Below are positions 25,959 through 38,042 of a DNA stretch of 64,000 nt, piece by piece. Position 1 is the stretch's first letter. Each line of letters opens with the position of its first letter. This DNA comes from Channa argus (Eukaryota). The notes below the pieces were generated by a model. That model was given only the letters and a program-made list of their open reading frames with translations, did not search any database and had not been told where the DNA came from. The stretch lies in NCBI RefSeq assembly GCF_033026475.1, contig NC_090211.1, positions 3,913,726 through 3,977,725 on the forward strand, in the 5' to 3' direction. The position numbers and the translations under genes were made by a program.

Positions 25959-26987
25959 GTCAGAAACTGTTTTTAAATTACAAACTCCAGCCTTGTCAAG
26001 ATCATGTATCGAAAGTTTTATTCTCAAAAATAATAGTTTTAAAGTTTTCACTACTTTTTTAGACCTGTCAACCATTGGCATTGTGACTCTTAACTTAACC
26101 AAATAGTTACTGAGGTCAGCCACTCTCCAAATAATATAAAGATAAAATAAGTAACAAGTCCTGTTAATGTTAGTTTTGGAGCTGTGGTAGAGAATAATAA
26201 AAAAATAGTTACTTTGATTAACTCTTAAGTTGTAATGTTAATTTTCAACAAATTTGTTGATTTATGTTCTTGATTGATTTCGGTAGTGAGTGCAACATAA
26301 TTGTTTTGGATTGTTGGCCCACAGACTTCACTTATCCCAGCACTAGTCAACGATTAGTTACTGTTGCAGATATGTAGAATATCCGTATATTGTTTTTCTT
26401 TTCTCTCCAGCAAATTATGGCTATAATGAACATCACAGGGTCTAGAGGACCCAATCAAGCACTTGCTAGATACTTTGCTCTTGAGCCTTGTGATTGATTA
26501 TGATTTAGTGATAACCTACTGCTTAAATCTGTTGTGTCATCGTGTCCCTGTAAATAAACTGGATTAGATTAGTGTGTTATCAGTGTGTTAGTGTGCCACT
26601 ATCATAAGCAAGCAAGGTAACTATTCATTTAGCTGGATACATTTCGATATCTATTATCTCAGCTTTATACATTGAAACAAGACTTTATATAATATATCGA
26701 CTGTCTGTGTGAAGAGATGGTGTCTGAGGGAATAGAAATCATTATACAAAGCTAATATTAAACACTCCACATTCTTTAAAAATGCCTTGCAACGGATGAT
26801 GTGTTTAATATTACCAGTTTCAGGACCCATGTGCCGGTTAACCACCAGCTTTTTGATTAGCATAAATTCTTCGCAGTTTCCACTATACATAAGGGTCTGA
26901 TGACACACAACACTAGTATGTGACATGAGAGTATTTGAGAGGTAACAGTATTAATATAGTGTGAGGTTTGAGAATAATTTATTGTCA

Positions 26988-27560
26988 CGTCTAAGCACCT
27001 AGAACATTTAAATATAACATACAAGGAAGAAACACACACTGTCTTTTAGACGTCTTTTCCACACGCACACACACAAACACACACTGTCTTTTAGACGTCT
27101 TTTCCGTTTACTTTCTAGGCCTATTAATTTACAATGGAGTTTTAACTTTTAGTCTCACTAAAAGTGGATTCCACCATCCTACCCGAATAAACTTCCTGCC
27201 TGATAGAGTCTAGAATTCTCAGGGCTTTATACTTGACGCGCTCAACAGCCGCAGTCACACAGGTTTTTAACTTAAAACCTACTCACGGAACTTAAGTCTA
27301 CGACAGGACTCCGCCGTCGTCAGCCTTTCGTCTTTCTCCTTCGGATTCCGTCAATCCTCGGTTTCCAGTCAACGAGGAGGAAAACCAGTTCCTCTCAAAA
27401 GGATCCTATGAACCCTCCTAGGGGTCCGCTGTGGCCACAGTCTTTCCTGGAGACCTCCACGTCCACTGGAAGACTTTGGATATGTTGGAATCCGTCTCGA
27501 GGGACCAAGTTAATGTCAGGTCTAAGCACCTAGAACATTTAAATATAACATACAAGGAAA
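26988..27560. repeat. ~42-bp direct repeats flanking ~490 bp in mvp intron 1, plus an internal 26-bp tandem duplication
   Basis: gtctaagcacctagaacatttaaatataacatacaaggaa occurs at 26990-27030 and again at 27519-27560. cacactgtcttttagacgtcttttcc occurs at 27040-27065 and 27079-27104. Confidence 0.6.
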
Positions 27561-28461
27561 GAAAGACAAAGGCGTTATTCAGTTTTACTCATGAGGAGAG
27601 CAGGCACAGATGCAAGACAGTAACATCTCCTGCTCGCTCTGAAATGCATCTAATGTACTGCCTCTCTTTTATTCAGTTAACGGAGGTTTCCTGTTACATT
27701 CTTTCTAAAGGAAGGGGAGTTGCAAAGCATTGCACCAAGATAACTGTCTGCATTTAGATGTGGTTTTTTGTCTAGTAACTCTTCTCAGAAAGGTCACAGA
27801 GATGTGCTTCCTGTTTTTTCTCACAAAGCAGAAGTGTTAGCCACACACATGCACATGCTATTTCTTAAACAAAGAATATATAAAACTTAAGTCGACTACT
27901 AAAGAGAATACAGAAAATGAGAACTTTATATACATTTATTCCAACATTTATCAACTCCAAACTACAAGGCAGCTCTTTCCACATTCCCTGTCCTGGGCCT
28001 TTTTTATATGTGATTTCTTCATATGTGTTCTGAAGTGCAGTAATGCATGCATATGTGTAGATCCTGCAGGCTGGGTAGAGGATTTTAGCATGGTGACTGT
28101 GTTTATGAGGGGAAATGCAAAACAGTTTTTTTTTTTTGTTTGTTTTGTTTTTGCTGACCAAGGCAGAATCCATCCTTAACAGCAATGACATGTCTAATTA
28201 AATCAAACTTCTGCCATGTTCATTATTGTACTGTCTGTCATATTATTCCCATTTGTTGTGTTTTTTATTGAATGCCAGAAAATAGTCAACAATGTCCGTG
28301 AGTAGATCCGAGACATTGCATTGATAACTTCAGATGTTTGTAATAGAAAAGATCACAATAAAAATAAGCTAAAACCCAAAGCTATTAATTACTATAAAGA
28401 TTAAATGAATGAAAATCAGTAAATTATATTTAGTATAGAATTCTTCTGTTTTCTTTCCCAG

Positions 28462-28657
28462 AGTGCTTTTTTCCCCGGTTCGTATGATCATGGTGCCACC
28501 ACGTCACTACTGTGTCGTGCTCAACCCTGTTGCCCGCGATGATAATGGCCAGGCCCTCTTTGACCAATCAGGTCAGGCCAAGCTCCGCCACGCTGATCTG
28601 GAGATCCGTCTGACCCAGGACCCGTTCCCCCTCTATCCTGGAGAGGAGATCCAGCAG
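28462..28657 (+). CDS. mvp: mvp exon 2: (R)[65 protein letters not shown]
   Basis: Frame of ORF 28463-28729. Acceptor TCCCAG ends 28461, donor GTCTGT at 28658. MVP repeat-domain motifs ([31 protein letters not shown]). Confidence 0.9.
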
Positions 28658-28863
28658 GTCTGTAAGAATCCTGGTCTGTGCCACAGGCCCTCTCTGCTAT
28701 TGGAATCAGACAGTGTGTCTCAAAAGTAATGACATATTATTATGTTTGGATATTTTTGCATATTTTTACATATTTATCAAAAAATGAACAGTAAACAATC
28801 AACTGTTGTTTTTTTTTTTTTTCTTGTTTGGGACCTGGCTGACATCTTTCCATTGTCTTTCAG

Positions 28864-28987
28864 AATGTGACTCCGCTGCAGATCGTGTATCCAGACACTG
28901 CCTTGCGCCTGCAGGCTTTGCTAGACTTTGAGGAGGATGGAAAAGAGAAAAGAGTAGCTGGAGACGAGTGGCTGTTTGAAGGACCTG
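28864..28987 (+). CDS. mvp: mvp exon 3: NVTPLQIVYPDTALRLQALLDFEEDGKEKRVAGDEWLFEGP(G)
   Basis: Acceptor TTTCAG ends 28863, donor GTATGT at 28988. Phase verified by codon count. Confidence 0.85.
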
Positions 28988-29240
28988 GTATGTTTTTTAG
29001 GACCAAATAGCCTTTAAGTATAAATACTAAAACAGATATTTTCACTAACACAAGTGTTGATTTTGTTGAATGTGAAGCAGTAGCTCACTAATCATTCAAT
29101 AAGAACCAAAATGATAAATCAATTTGTCATTAGCGTTTAAGTGGCAGAATTGTGCCATATTTTAACAAGCATGAAGTGAGCTGCAAATGTGTTATGTAGA
29201 AATTATGGTATATTTGACATTTGAAATCTTTTTGCTGCAG

Positions 29241-29372
29241 GGACCTACATCCCAAGAAAGGAGGTGGCAGTGTTGGAGACCATCAAGGCCACCGTGATTA
29301 GAGAGAACCAGGCCATCAGGCTGAGAGCCCGCAAGGAGGGTGTGGACAGAGGAGGAGTCCGCAGAGTCACAG
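29241..29372 (+). CDS. mvp: mvp exon 4: (G)[43 protein letters not shown](G)
   Basis: Frame of ORF 29264-29446. Acceptor CTGCAG ends 29240, donor GTAACA at 29373. Confidence 0.9.
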
Positions 29373-29816
29373 GTAACACACACACTCACTGTATGCTTAA
29401 GCCTTTAAAATGGCTTTACTTCCGCATACAAATTTGCAAAGTGTAGACTATACATTTGCATTAATGCTCTCTGCTCATGGGTGTGTGTATGCATCCTCAG
29501 CTCCTATAAAGTGCTAGTAGAAACCAATAATACAGTGTTTTCATGCCCAGTAATGTCCATAACTTTGACTGCCTTGAAAGGTTAAACTAATAACAAAACA
29601 ACACTTCATGACAACTTTATATAATACACTTAAATATGAGAAAGTTCATGTCAGTTTTCATGACAAAATACTTTTTGTCTTTTCTTTAACAAAAGCATTA
29701 ATAATCGGTAAAGTGCTGTAAAACTACTGTTTGTTTGTTGTAAGTAATTACAAAACAATCTTGGTGTCTTAAAGCACTACTTTACGTGTGCATGTGTGTT
29801 TGGTCATGTTATTCAG

Positions 29817-29911
29817 GTGAGGAGTGGCTGGTCAGTAAGGTGGGAGCATACCTTCCAGGTGCACACGAAGAGGTCATTGACATTGTGAACGCTTTCATCC
29901 TAACCGACAAG
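29817..29911 (+). CDS. mvp: mvp exon 5: (G)[31 protein letters not shown]
   Basis: Acceptor ATTCAG ends 29816, donor GTGATT at 29912. Matches the MVP motif GEEWLV..GAYLP. Confidence 0.85.
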
Positions 29912-30405
29912 GTGATTAAATCTATCACTGTTAATCTGTGTGGTCTGATTTGACTTTGAAGTTCTTGTTTTAAATGGTTTCCAGTATATATTGGAAAATT
30001 CAAACTATAATTAGTGCAAGATTTTAAAGCATAGAGACATTGTGTTCTAGAGACAGAGGCAGAGACCAATACAATGGTGAGGAAATGCATCACACAGCAG
30101 AGCTTCCTGAATGGAGAACAGAACAAACTTCAGTGAAGACGAGAACCTTGACAACCATTTAAACGTTTTGACTAAATACCAGCTCAATCAACTCAATTTT
30201 TATAAGCCACAGCTGAGCAGCAATCACGTAGGTTTTTCTGTGTCATAAAGATGGGTGTGATCAGGCTTTAGAAGAAACGCATTTCTTCCTGTACTTGTAA
30301 AAATCATATCATGGTTGTAAAAAAAGCTGCAATGAGCATTGTAAACGGATGTGACGTCCAACCTGCTTGGATTCAGATACTGTATTACAAATTGGTCTTT
30401 TTCAG

Positions 30406-30642
30406 AAAGCACTTCACGTGCGGGCTCTGCAGCCCTTTAAAGATGCCGGCAAGACCGATCGTCGCACGGGGGAGGAGTGGCTCGTCACCATTGCTGACAG
30501 GGAGGCTCACATCCCCTCTGTGTCGGAGGAGGTGGTTGGTGTGGTGAATGTGACCACTCTGAGCAGCAGGCAGTACTGTGTGATTCTGGACCCAGTCGGA
30601 CCTGATGGGAAACCACAGCTGGGCCAGAAGAGGGTTGTAAAG
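30406..30642 (+). CDS. mvp: mvp exon 6: [79 protein letters not shown]
   Basis: Frame of ORF 30367-30726. Acceptor TTTCAG ends 30405, donor GTGAGG at 30643. Confidence 0.9.
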
Positions 30643-30856
30643 GTGAGGAGGGGCATCCATCTCCATTGTCTTTTATGTACTTTTAAAATTCCCCTGAACT
30701 TAAATGAAACTGTGTCTATGGTTTAAATGTTCCCCTTTTGTTTCTTTCCAGTGTCGCCTGCTTACTCCTAAATTCTTTTGATTGTTTAGTTGCGAATTGT
30801 TATGTAATAACACCCATTGTATGATGAAAATGTCCTCCTTTCTTTGTCTTTTACAG

Positions 30857-30982
30857 GGTGAGCGATCATTTTTCCTGCAGCCTGGTGAACACCTTGAAAA
30901 CGGCATTCAGGACGTCTACGTGCTGTCGGAGGAGGAGGGTCTCGTATTGAGAGCTGTGGAGGCGTTCAATGACACTGAAGAG
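30857..30982 (+). CDS. mvp: mvp exon 7: [42 protein letters not shown]
   Basis: Frame of ORF 30782-31006. Acceptor TTACAG ends 30856, donor GTGAGG at 30983. Confidence 0.9.
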
Positions 30983-32443
30983 GTGAGGAGAGTACTCGGT
31001 CTTTAATTTATAATCCTACAGCCGTCCTTAATGTTATGACACCCAGTGGTTACTATGGTATCCTTGGGTGGTTTAGTACTACAGCAAACAGTGGTTGAGC
31101 AGCTTCTTCTGTTTACAGCTAAACAAACTCGAGTTGTTTTTTTTGGTTAGTAATAATATTAAATAACGTCTCCGATTTCATGCTGTCAGTAATTTTCCAC
31201 ACAACAGGTGGAGACATTGAAAGGAGCAGAACAAAAAGGACCAAAACAAGAGTTTTGTAGTTTATTTTTGATGACCTTGCAACAATCTTTCCCGTGACTG
31301 CTTACTAATAAAATTATTTTGCAGTTGTATTAATAGTATTAAAAGTAATTAAAAAAACATTTTCTGCAGCCCTGTTACAGATCTGTTTTATCTGCTTGTC
31401 ATTTTACAATGTGAAACATTTCTTTGGGACAGTTGGAGTAGAAAAGAATTAAGTGGAAGAAAGTGCTGGTATAAGATAGTAATTTGTGAAGCTGGTCTTG
31501 TGTACCTAAAGTTGTGCAACCAGTAGAATATGATGAATCACAAAAGCAAACTATCTTTACACAGAGGTGTGTCATGGTAAAGGACAACCTATATGTAGCC
31601 TGGTATGAAGCAAAATGCCAAAGGTGTGTCTCTGCAGCAGCATTGTGCAGCTCAGGCCACACCTGGGTTTGTTGAATTTTGTTTTGTTTTCTTGTGGTTA
31701 AGTTTGTGTTATAGAAATGTTCTATGTTGTAGTTAGAGGTTATTGCAGCCATTTCTGGATATAGAGAATGACAGGTGTAATAATCAGGGTGTGGTCTGGA
31801 GAAGCTGGGAAAAACAGCTGCTGGTAAACTGCTGAGAGGAGATTGGAGAAAAAAAACTCTTGTGGTGGTGGATATCATGTTATTCCAGAATCTGAAATAT
31901 TGTTAGTTTTGGAAAAAAACTTTATGAGCATTGTAGTGTTGGGCCAGTTACACCATTTATTTCAATGTGTTGAGCTATGGCAAAAAACAATGCACAACCA
32001 TACTGGACTATGACTGGTATTTCCTCATAAGACGGAGAAGGGATTTGGTGAGAATTGTTAGGTTCTCAATTCCTAGTGTCTTTACCAATAAGCAAGTTTC
32101 AAATGTTTTAGAAAGGAGGTTGTTCCGTCCTTCACTGTACCATCTTCCCTTCTAACCTGGCTAATCCATTATACCCCTGCTTTCTTCTTCTTCTCTCCTT
32201 CCTTACCTTTGACTCAAACCCCGTCATGCCCCTCGTATCCTGATGCCATTACATTTCATTATTGTACCACACACCCATTTATATCTTCCACTTTTCTTTC
32301 AACTCTGGAATTCATTTTACTCTTAGCCCCTCTCTGTGACCCCCCCTCCTCCTCTCCTAAACGCTCCTTCACCTCTCCAATGCATTGCCACGTTAACCCT
32401 TATCTCCGTCCTCCTCATCTCTCTGCCCTGTTCTCTCTGCCAG

Positions 32444-32659
32444 CATGAGGAGGAAGAAGAGCAAGAAGAGGAGCAGATGCAGGAGAGGGCCAAGCGCTCT
32501 CGGAGGAGTGGCATCCTCCGTCGCCCTGGAGATCGCTGGATGCTGCGGGGCCCCATCGAGTACGTCCCGCCCGCTGCTGTGGAAGTGATGCTGAGACGAC
32601 AGGCCATCCCACTGGATGAGAACGAGGGCATCTACGTCAGGGACATTAAAACTGGAAAG
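32444..32659 (+). CDS. mvp: mvp exon 8: [72 protein letters not shown] (5' boundary is the best acceptor; upstream in-frame alternatives exist)
   Basis: Frame of ORF 32336-32665. Acceptor CTGCCAG ends 32443 after a ~280-nt polypyrimidine tract, donor GTATGA at 32660. The second half matches MVP (RGPLEYVP...[21 protein letters not shown]). Confidence 0.75.
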
Positions 32660-33683
32660 GTATGAGTTACAGGCCTTTGCCTCCACTCAACATGGGTGGA
32701 TTTAGAACTAAACCTCCCTTTAGAGGTGTTTATTTCTTGATTCAGATCAGACAGTGGTCTTTCCTGTTTGTTGAAACCCTGATATTCATGACCGGTGAGC
32801 AGGAACATCTGTCAGACTTTGAATGACCCCCCCTACTAATCTTTGGTTCAGCCGCAGTGCTCATGTCTGCTTCCATTTGCCTTTTAATGTTTTCTGAAAA
32901 TCTCTCCCCTTCTTATGGTTTCTCTTTAACCTCCTCTACATTGAAAAGCTTGCTATAAACATTGAACCTTTTTTTTTTTAAGTTTTGCATTTACAGTGGT
33001 CTTTCTTAACTATGTGTATATCAGTCCTTCCTTTAAACCTTTATAAATGCTGTTTTTAGTTTGCTCCAACTAGTGAGACATTGTGATGTTGTTCTTATTA
33101 CAAACCCTTAAAGTGTCATCTCCTTAGCTTGTATAAAATTCCAAAATCTCGAAAACAGCGGCTTATGCATCCAGGTGATCTTAGATAATACAGATAAATG
33201 TGGGACAATCTACTTGCATATAATGCATTGTTCTGGACAGAAAGGCTTTAACAAAGAGGACTGATCACTTTGATTATTTGTGTCTCTTTAATGCATAGTG
33301 CTGCTCTCCTCAATGTGCTCTTTAGTTGCCTGACATCATGTATTTTATTAATGGCGAATAAATGATGTTTAAAGACATTGAAGACTAAGACAATGTTAGT
33401 CTAATAGTACAGTTTAAATTAATAAATAACAATTGTAGCCCAGGTCATCTGATTGGCCAAAAAATGCAAATGACTTTGGGTTTTCTGATCAGTTGCAAGT
33501 ATTTGGGTTATTCTGCTAAAAATTCTTGTGGGCAAAGTCTTGTGGGCAGAAAATCTGGAGAGGGCCAGCACAGGCTGCTGAAAGGCTCTCTGTCTGATTC
33601 AGTTAGGAATAAAATTCAAAACAAACTAACTCCATGTCTGTACAATGTTCATTCGAAATTCAATGTGTCCTGCTGTCTCTCAG

Positions 33684-33919
33684 GTACGTGCAGTGATCGG
33701 ACACACATACATGCTGACTCAGGATGAGGAGCTGTGGGAGAAGGAGCTTCCTCCAAATGTCGAGGCTCTTCTTGCTTCTCCTATCGACCCGCTGGCCAAC
33801 CGCTCAGACCGCATTGTGATGGCTCCGAGCAGGCCAAGGGACAAGACTCGTGTTGTCTCCTACAGGGTCCCCCACAATGCTGCCGTCCAGGTCTATGACT
33901 ACAGAGAGAAGAAAGCCAG
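33684..33919 (+). CDS. mvp: mvp exon 9: [78 protein letters not shown](R)
   Basis: Frame of ORF 33645-33962. Acceptor TCTCAG ends 33683, donor GTGGGA at 33920. Confidence 0.9.
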
Positions 33920-34005
33920 GTGGGACCTAGGTCTCTTATACGAATGGAGGAAAGAGAGGTAAAATAAACCCGCTGATGTGATGGTGTTGGTGGCTTTGTC
34001 TGCAG

Positions 34006-34203
34006 GGTGTTATTTGGACCTGAGATGGTGATGCTGGGACCTGATGAGCAGTTCACCATGCTGTCTCTGTCTGGAGACAAACCAAAGAGGGCCAACGTCA
34101 TCAAGGCCATCTGCCTTCTGCTGGGACCAGACTTCTTCACCGATATCATCACCATCGAGACGGCCGACCACGCCCGACTGCAGCTGCAGCTCGCCTACAA
34201 CTG
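34006..34203 (+). CDS. mvp: mvp exon 10: (R)[65 protein letters not shown](W)
   Basis: Frame of ORF 34007-34207. Acceptor CTGCAG ends 34005, donor GTAATC at 34204. Confidence 0.9.
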
Positions 34204-34669
34204 GTAATCACATACAGCACAGTCTGACACAAAATACTGTAGATGCTCAGGTGACAACAAGTTAAAATCTTTTGAGCCAAGGGAAGAGATGACACCTGAA
34301 AAGCGTTATGACTAATGGTCTATCAAGACTCCTGCAATGAGCAGAAACTGGGATAACGAGATAAATTGTCTCTATCATGAGAAAAACTCTTTTTGTTTAT
34401 TTTTTATTTTTTATTTTTTGGCATAAGGTAATGTCTTTAAGGTTACCAGGTTACGATAGACTATTGTACTTATAGCTCTTGTGTGCATGAAAAGACCTTA
34501 AATTAGTTTCAAAAGTAGAGCAGGTTAGTTTACCAACAGACCCAGACAAATCCAGACCTCAACAGTTCACTGTCTGTATGTTTTAGATGTGTTTTCCTTT
34601 TTTTTATTGTAGTAACATTTAACATGTCTGACTGTAATTCCTCCTTGTCTCCTTTTTATTTCCCTTCAG

Positions 34670-34814
34670 GCACTTTGAAATAAAGTCTCCTGAAGACTCT
34701 GCTGATGCAGCTGCTCTGTTTTCAGTTCCTGACTTTGTCGGTGATGCTTGTAAAGCCATCGCCTCCCGAATCAGAGGAGCTGTCGCCTCAGTGCAGTTTG
34801 ATGATTTCCACAAG
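34670..34814 (+). CDS. mvp: mvp exon 11: (W)[48 protein letters not shown]
   Basis: Acceptor CCTTCAG ends 34669, donor GTTTGT at 34815. Frame of ORF 34791-35018 at the 3' end. Confidence 0.9.
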
Positions 34815-34977
34815 GTTTGTAATTCACTGTCTTTATGTTTTCTATCACCATCTTTCAGTTGTGTAATAAAGAAAGGAGAACAGCTTTTAACTTGCATTGC
34901 AACCGTGTCACCTATACCTACTATAAAGAATCACTTAATCCCAAGTTCCCATAAACTAAAATTGACCTTGTCTGCAG

Positions 34978-35189
34978 AACTCGATCCGGATCATCTGCTC
35001 AGCAGTGTTTGGCTTTGATGAGAAGCTGGCAATTCGCCCCAGTCTGCGCTTCCACCAGAACAACTTGGTGATCAGCAGCGTCGACATTCAGTCTGTGGAG
35101 CCCGTCGACCAGAGGACACGAGATGCCCTGATGAAGAGTGTCCAGCTGGCTATTGAGATCACCACCAACTCCCAGGAGGCTGCAGCACG
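34978..35189 (+). CDS. mvp: mvp exon 12: [70 protein letters not shown](R)
   Basis: Frame of ORF 35005-35241. Acceptor CTGCAG ends 34977, donor GTCAGA at 35190. Confidence 0.9.
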
Positions 35190-35413
35190 GTCAGAAAAAC
35201 ACACACACGAACACACAAAAATGTGTAAATGTTTCAGGTAGTGAATGTTTACCAAAAGGAAAAATGGATAGTGGATTTCTTTTTTCTTCTATAAAGGATC
35301 GAGATTTTATAGTTTATATCAGTGATATCTACATTTTAAAGGCACAATTAAACATCATCTGTCATTCAAATAATGACCTGTGTGTGTGTGTGTGTGTGTG
35401 TGCGTGTGTGTAG

Positions 35414-35530
35414 ACACGAGGCAGAGCGTCTGGAGCAGGAGGCTCGGGGAAAGCTGGAGAGACAGAAGATCACTGACCAGGCTGAGGCTGAGAGAGCCAG
35501 GAAGGAGCTGCTGGAGCTGGAGGCGCTGAG
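35414..35530 (+). CDS. mvp: mvp exon 13: (R)[38 protein letters not shown](S) (start of coiled-coil region)
   Basis: Acceptor (GT)n-TAG ends 35413, donor GTGAAC at 35531. Matches MVP ([37 protein letters not shown]). Confidence 0.85.
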
Positions 35531-35759
35531 GTGAACACAGGTTCACTAGGATTACTGGCTAGAACATCATAAGTAGATCTTAAAAGTTTTTTTTTTTTTT
35601 TCTGGTCTGAGGAGATGGAGAAGCATTTAATAGTGTAATAAACCGTAAATTCATTTCATGAGTCAGAAAAGTGGATGTTGTGTTAAGTTACATTGTCAGT
35701 GTTAATCTGCAGTCTATTAACTCAACCTTTTTTGTGTGTGTGTGTGTGTTTTTGTTTAG

Positions 35760-35886
35760 TGCCGCAGTGGAGAGCACAGGAGCTGCGAAAGCTGAAGCTC
35801 AGTCTCGGGCAGAGGCAGCCCGTATTCAGGGAGAAGCTGCAGTCAATGAGGCTAAACTAAAAGCTGAAGCTCAGAGGATCGAGGCT
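35760..35886 (+). CDS. mvp: mvp exon 14: (S)[42 protein letters not shown]
   Basis: Frame of ORF 35671-35931. Acceptor GTTTAG ends 35759, donor GTACGT at 35887. Confidence 0.9.
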
Positions 35887-36227
35887 GTACGTTTCTCATA
35901 CACTTGTTTCTCCATCGGAGTAGGGACATAGAAGTAACAGTTTACCTACTTTGAATAGGGAGCAGCACTAATTTTCATCTGTAGGGAAAAATAAATGTAG
36001 CCAGTAATAACAAAAACATGACAATAGTACATATTTACATATTCTACGCTTTCAACTTAATTTTTCAAATTTTAGTTGAGTTCAGTAAACCATTTCTTTT
36101 TTGACAAATTCCAACAAAAAAAATCCATTAGACTCTACAAAACTGGCTTTGACTACATTGTCTCTTTAGTACAGTTCAGGCCAGGTCTGTTTATGTGTGA
36201 ACCAACACTTTGTGCATTTTCGTGCAG

Positions 36228-36416
36228 GAGGCAGAGCTGGTGCGACTGGCCAAAGCTCGTGAGCAGGAGCTGAACTATAAGAAGGAGATGGACCGTTTGG
36301 AACTGGAGAAGCAGGAGCGTATGGCTCAGATCGAGAGTCAGCGCTTCAGTCAGCTGGTGGAGAGTCTGGGCAGCGACACACTGAAGGAAATCGCCAGAGC
36401 CGGGCCTGAGCTGCAG
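36228..36416 (+). CDS. mvp: mvp exon 15: EAELVRLAKAREQELNYKKEMDRLELEKQERMAQIESQRFSQLVESLGSDTLKEIARAGPELQ
   Basis: Frame of ORF 36210-36515. Acceptor GTGCAG ends 36227, donor GTACTG at 36417. Confidence 0.9.
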
Positions 36417-37190
36417 GTACTGTACTGTACTGTACTGCTGAGAAAACAACACTTCAATAACTTTCGATATAATACGAACAGTTCAGATGTTAGCTCTGAT
36501 ACTTACACCCGGTAGTGAAGCTATAGCTCCACAAATGTTAATCTTAATTTAAACAACAAAATGTAATATGGAGGAGTAACGTCCTCATTACCACCAAGTT
36601 AAACTTGACCTACTGTATTAGTTCATAGTGTCAGCACGTCTTTATAAAGAGATATTTCTAATTAAAAGCCTAATTAAATATCAAAACCTCTTAAATTCAG
36701 GTTGCATAGGTTTGGAGTATTTTTTGTTACTTCACCTCAGTGACTTTTGTAACATCTCGCCCCACTTCAGAGATGTGTTCTGTTAATATGATCTAGTAAC
36801 TCTTCACCCATTCGTGCTCCATACTGTATAACTTAAAACAAACACATCCAGTTAAGCTAACAGACTATAGACTGTCACAGAATAGAGTTAATCAGTTATC
36901 TGGAAAAGTTAGTGACAATCAAAATTAGTGGCCTGTCAAATGAAAGATCAGAAATTAAGTAGTTATGAGTTAAAGTTATTTAAAATAACATTGTCTTAAA
37001 TGTTTAGCTTATCGCTTCTGGTGTACAGAAGCTTTTCCACGTCTTCGCATGTTACAACCACAAACCTAAATGTATTATTGGGATTTTATGCGATAGACCA
37101 ACACAAAGTGGCAACACAAATTTTGAAAGTTGAATATGGAAATTTTCAAGGGGTATTAATATTTTTCTTGTGGTGTGTGTATATATCCAA

Positions 37191-37192
<2 letters not shown>

Positions 37193-37259
<67 letters not shown>
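37193..37259. repeat. (TA)n microsatellite, ~33 units
   Basis: Read directly from the sequence. Confidence 0.95.
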
Positions 37260-37264
<5 letters not shown>

Positions 37265-37916
37265 TAAGAAATTAAAAAAGATTAAGAAGATAAAGGACGA
37301 CTGACCCTACCTGGAGAAACTGAATCTCAATAAAAAAATTACATTGCAGTGGTGTTTGGATAAAACAACAATAAAACCAAGATCTGTGTTTTAGTGGCTC
37401 TGTGCAAGATCTGCTTTATTACAACCCAGCAAACTGCTGGAGTACAATCAAACTCGTAGCGATAATGTGGCTCTCCTTTACTGACCTACTTTGACAGCAG
37501 CACTGACCTTTTGGGGAGAAGCCTGTCAGAATCATGACAGAAAGTCAAAACTTAGCCTCTAACGCAGCAACAGATTGGCAGACGGATCCCCAAGAGATGG
37601 CATCCCTGTCCTCCAGAGTTAACTGTGCGTGACATCAATTTTTTAATTAGTTACAAATCTTGGCATATACTAAATAACAAGAGGAAATTAGAAGTGAAAA
37701 ACATTTACTGTGCAAGAATGCCTATTTATAAGATTTTATCTAAATTAAATGTCCACATTGTGTCAACATGTAATTCCAAACCACCCCGTTGAGTCAAAAA
37801 TGGTTAAATATTAGGAGGCCTTTTAATCTATAGTTAAGTTGCATCTGATTTGGGCTTGTTGTCTGACTTATCACCAATATTCAGATTTAAAACTTAGTCT
37901 GTTTCTCATCCTTCAG

Positions 37917-38042
37917 GTGAAGATGCTCCAGGCTCTGGGTTTGAAGTCCACCCTCATCACAGATGGTTCTTCACCCATCAACCTCTTCACCACAGCCAAC
38001 GGCCTGTTGGGGGCGCTGCCGGGCCAGGGCCAGGGCCAATGA
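37917..38042 (+). CDS. mvp: mvp terminal coding exon: [41 protein letters not shown]
   Basis: Frame of ORF 37839-38042. Acceptor CCTTCAG ends 37916, TGA at 38040-38042. Matches the MVP C-terminus ([32 protein letters not shown]). The 16 exons total 2631 nt, giving 876 aa. Confidence 0.9.
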   Translation: MKMLQALGLKSTLITDGSSPINLFTTANGLLGALPGQGQGQ

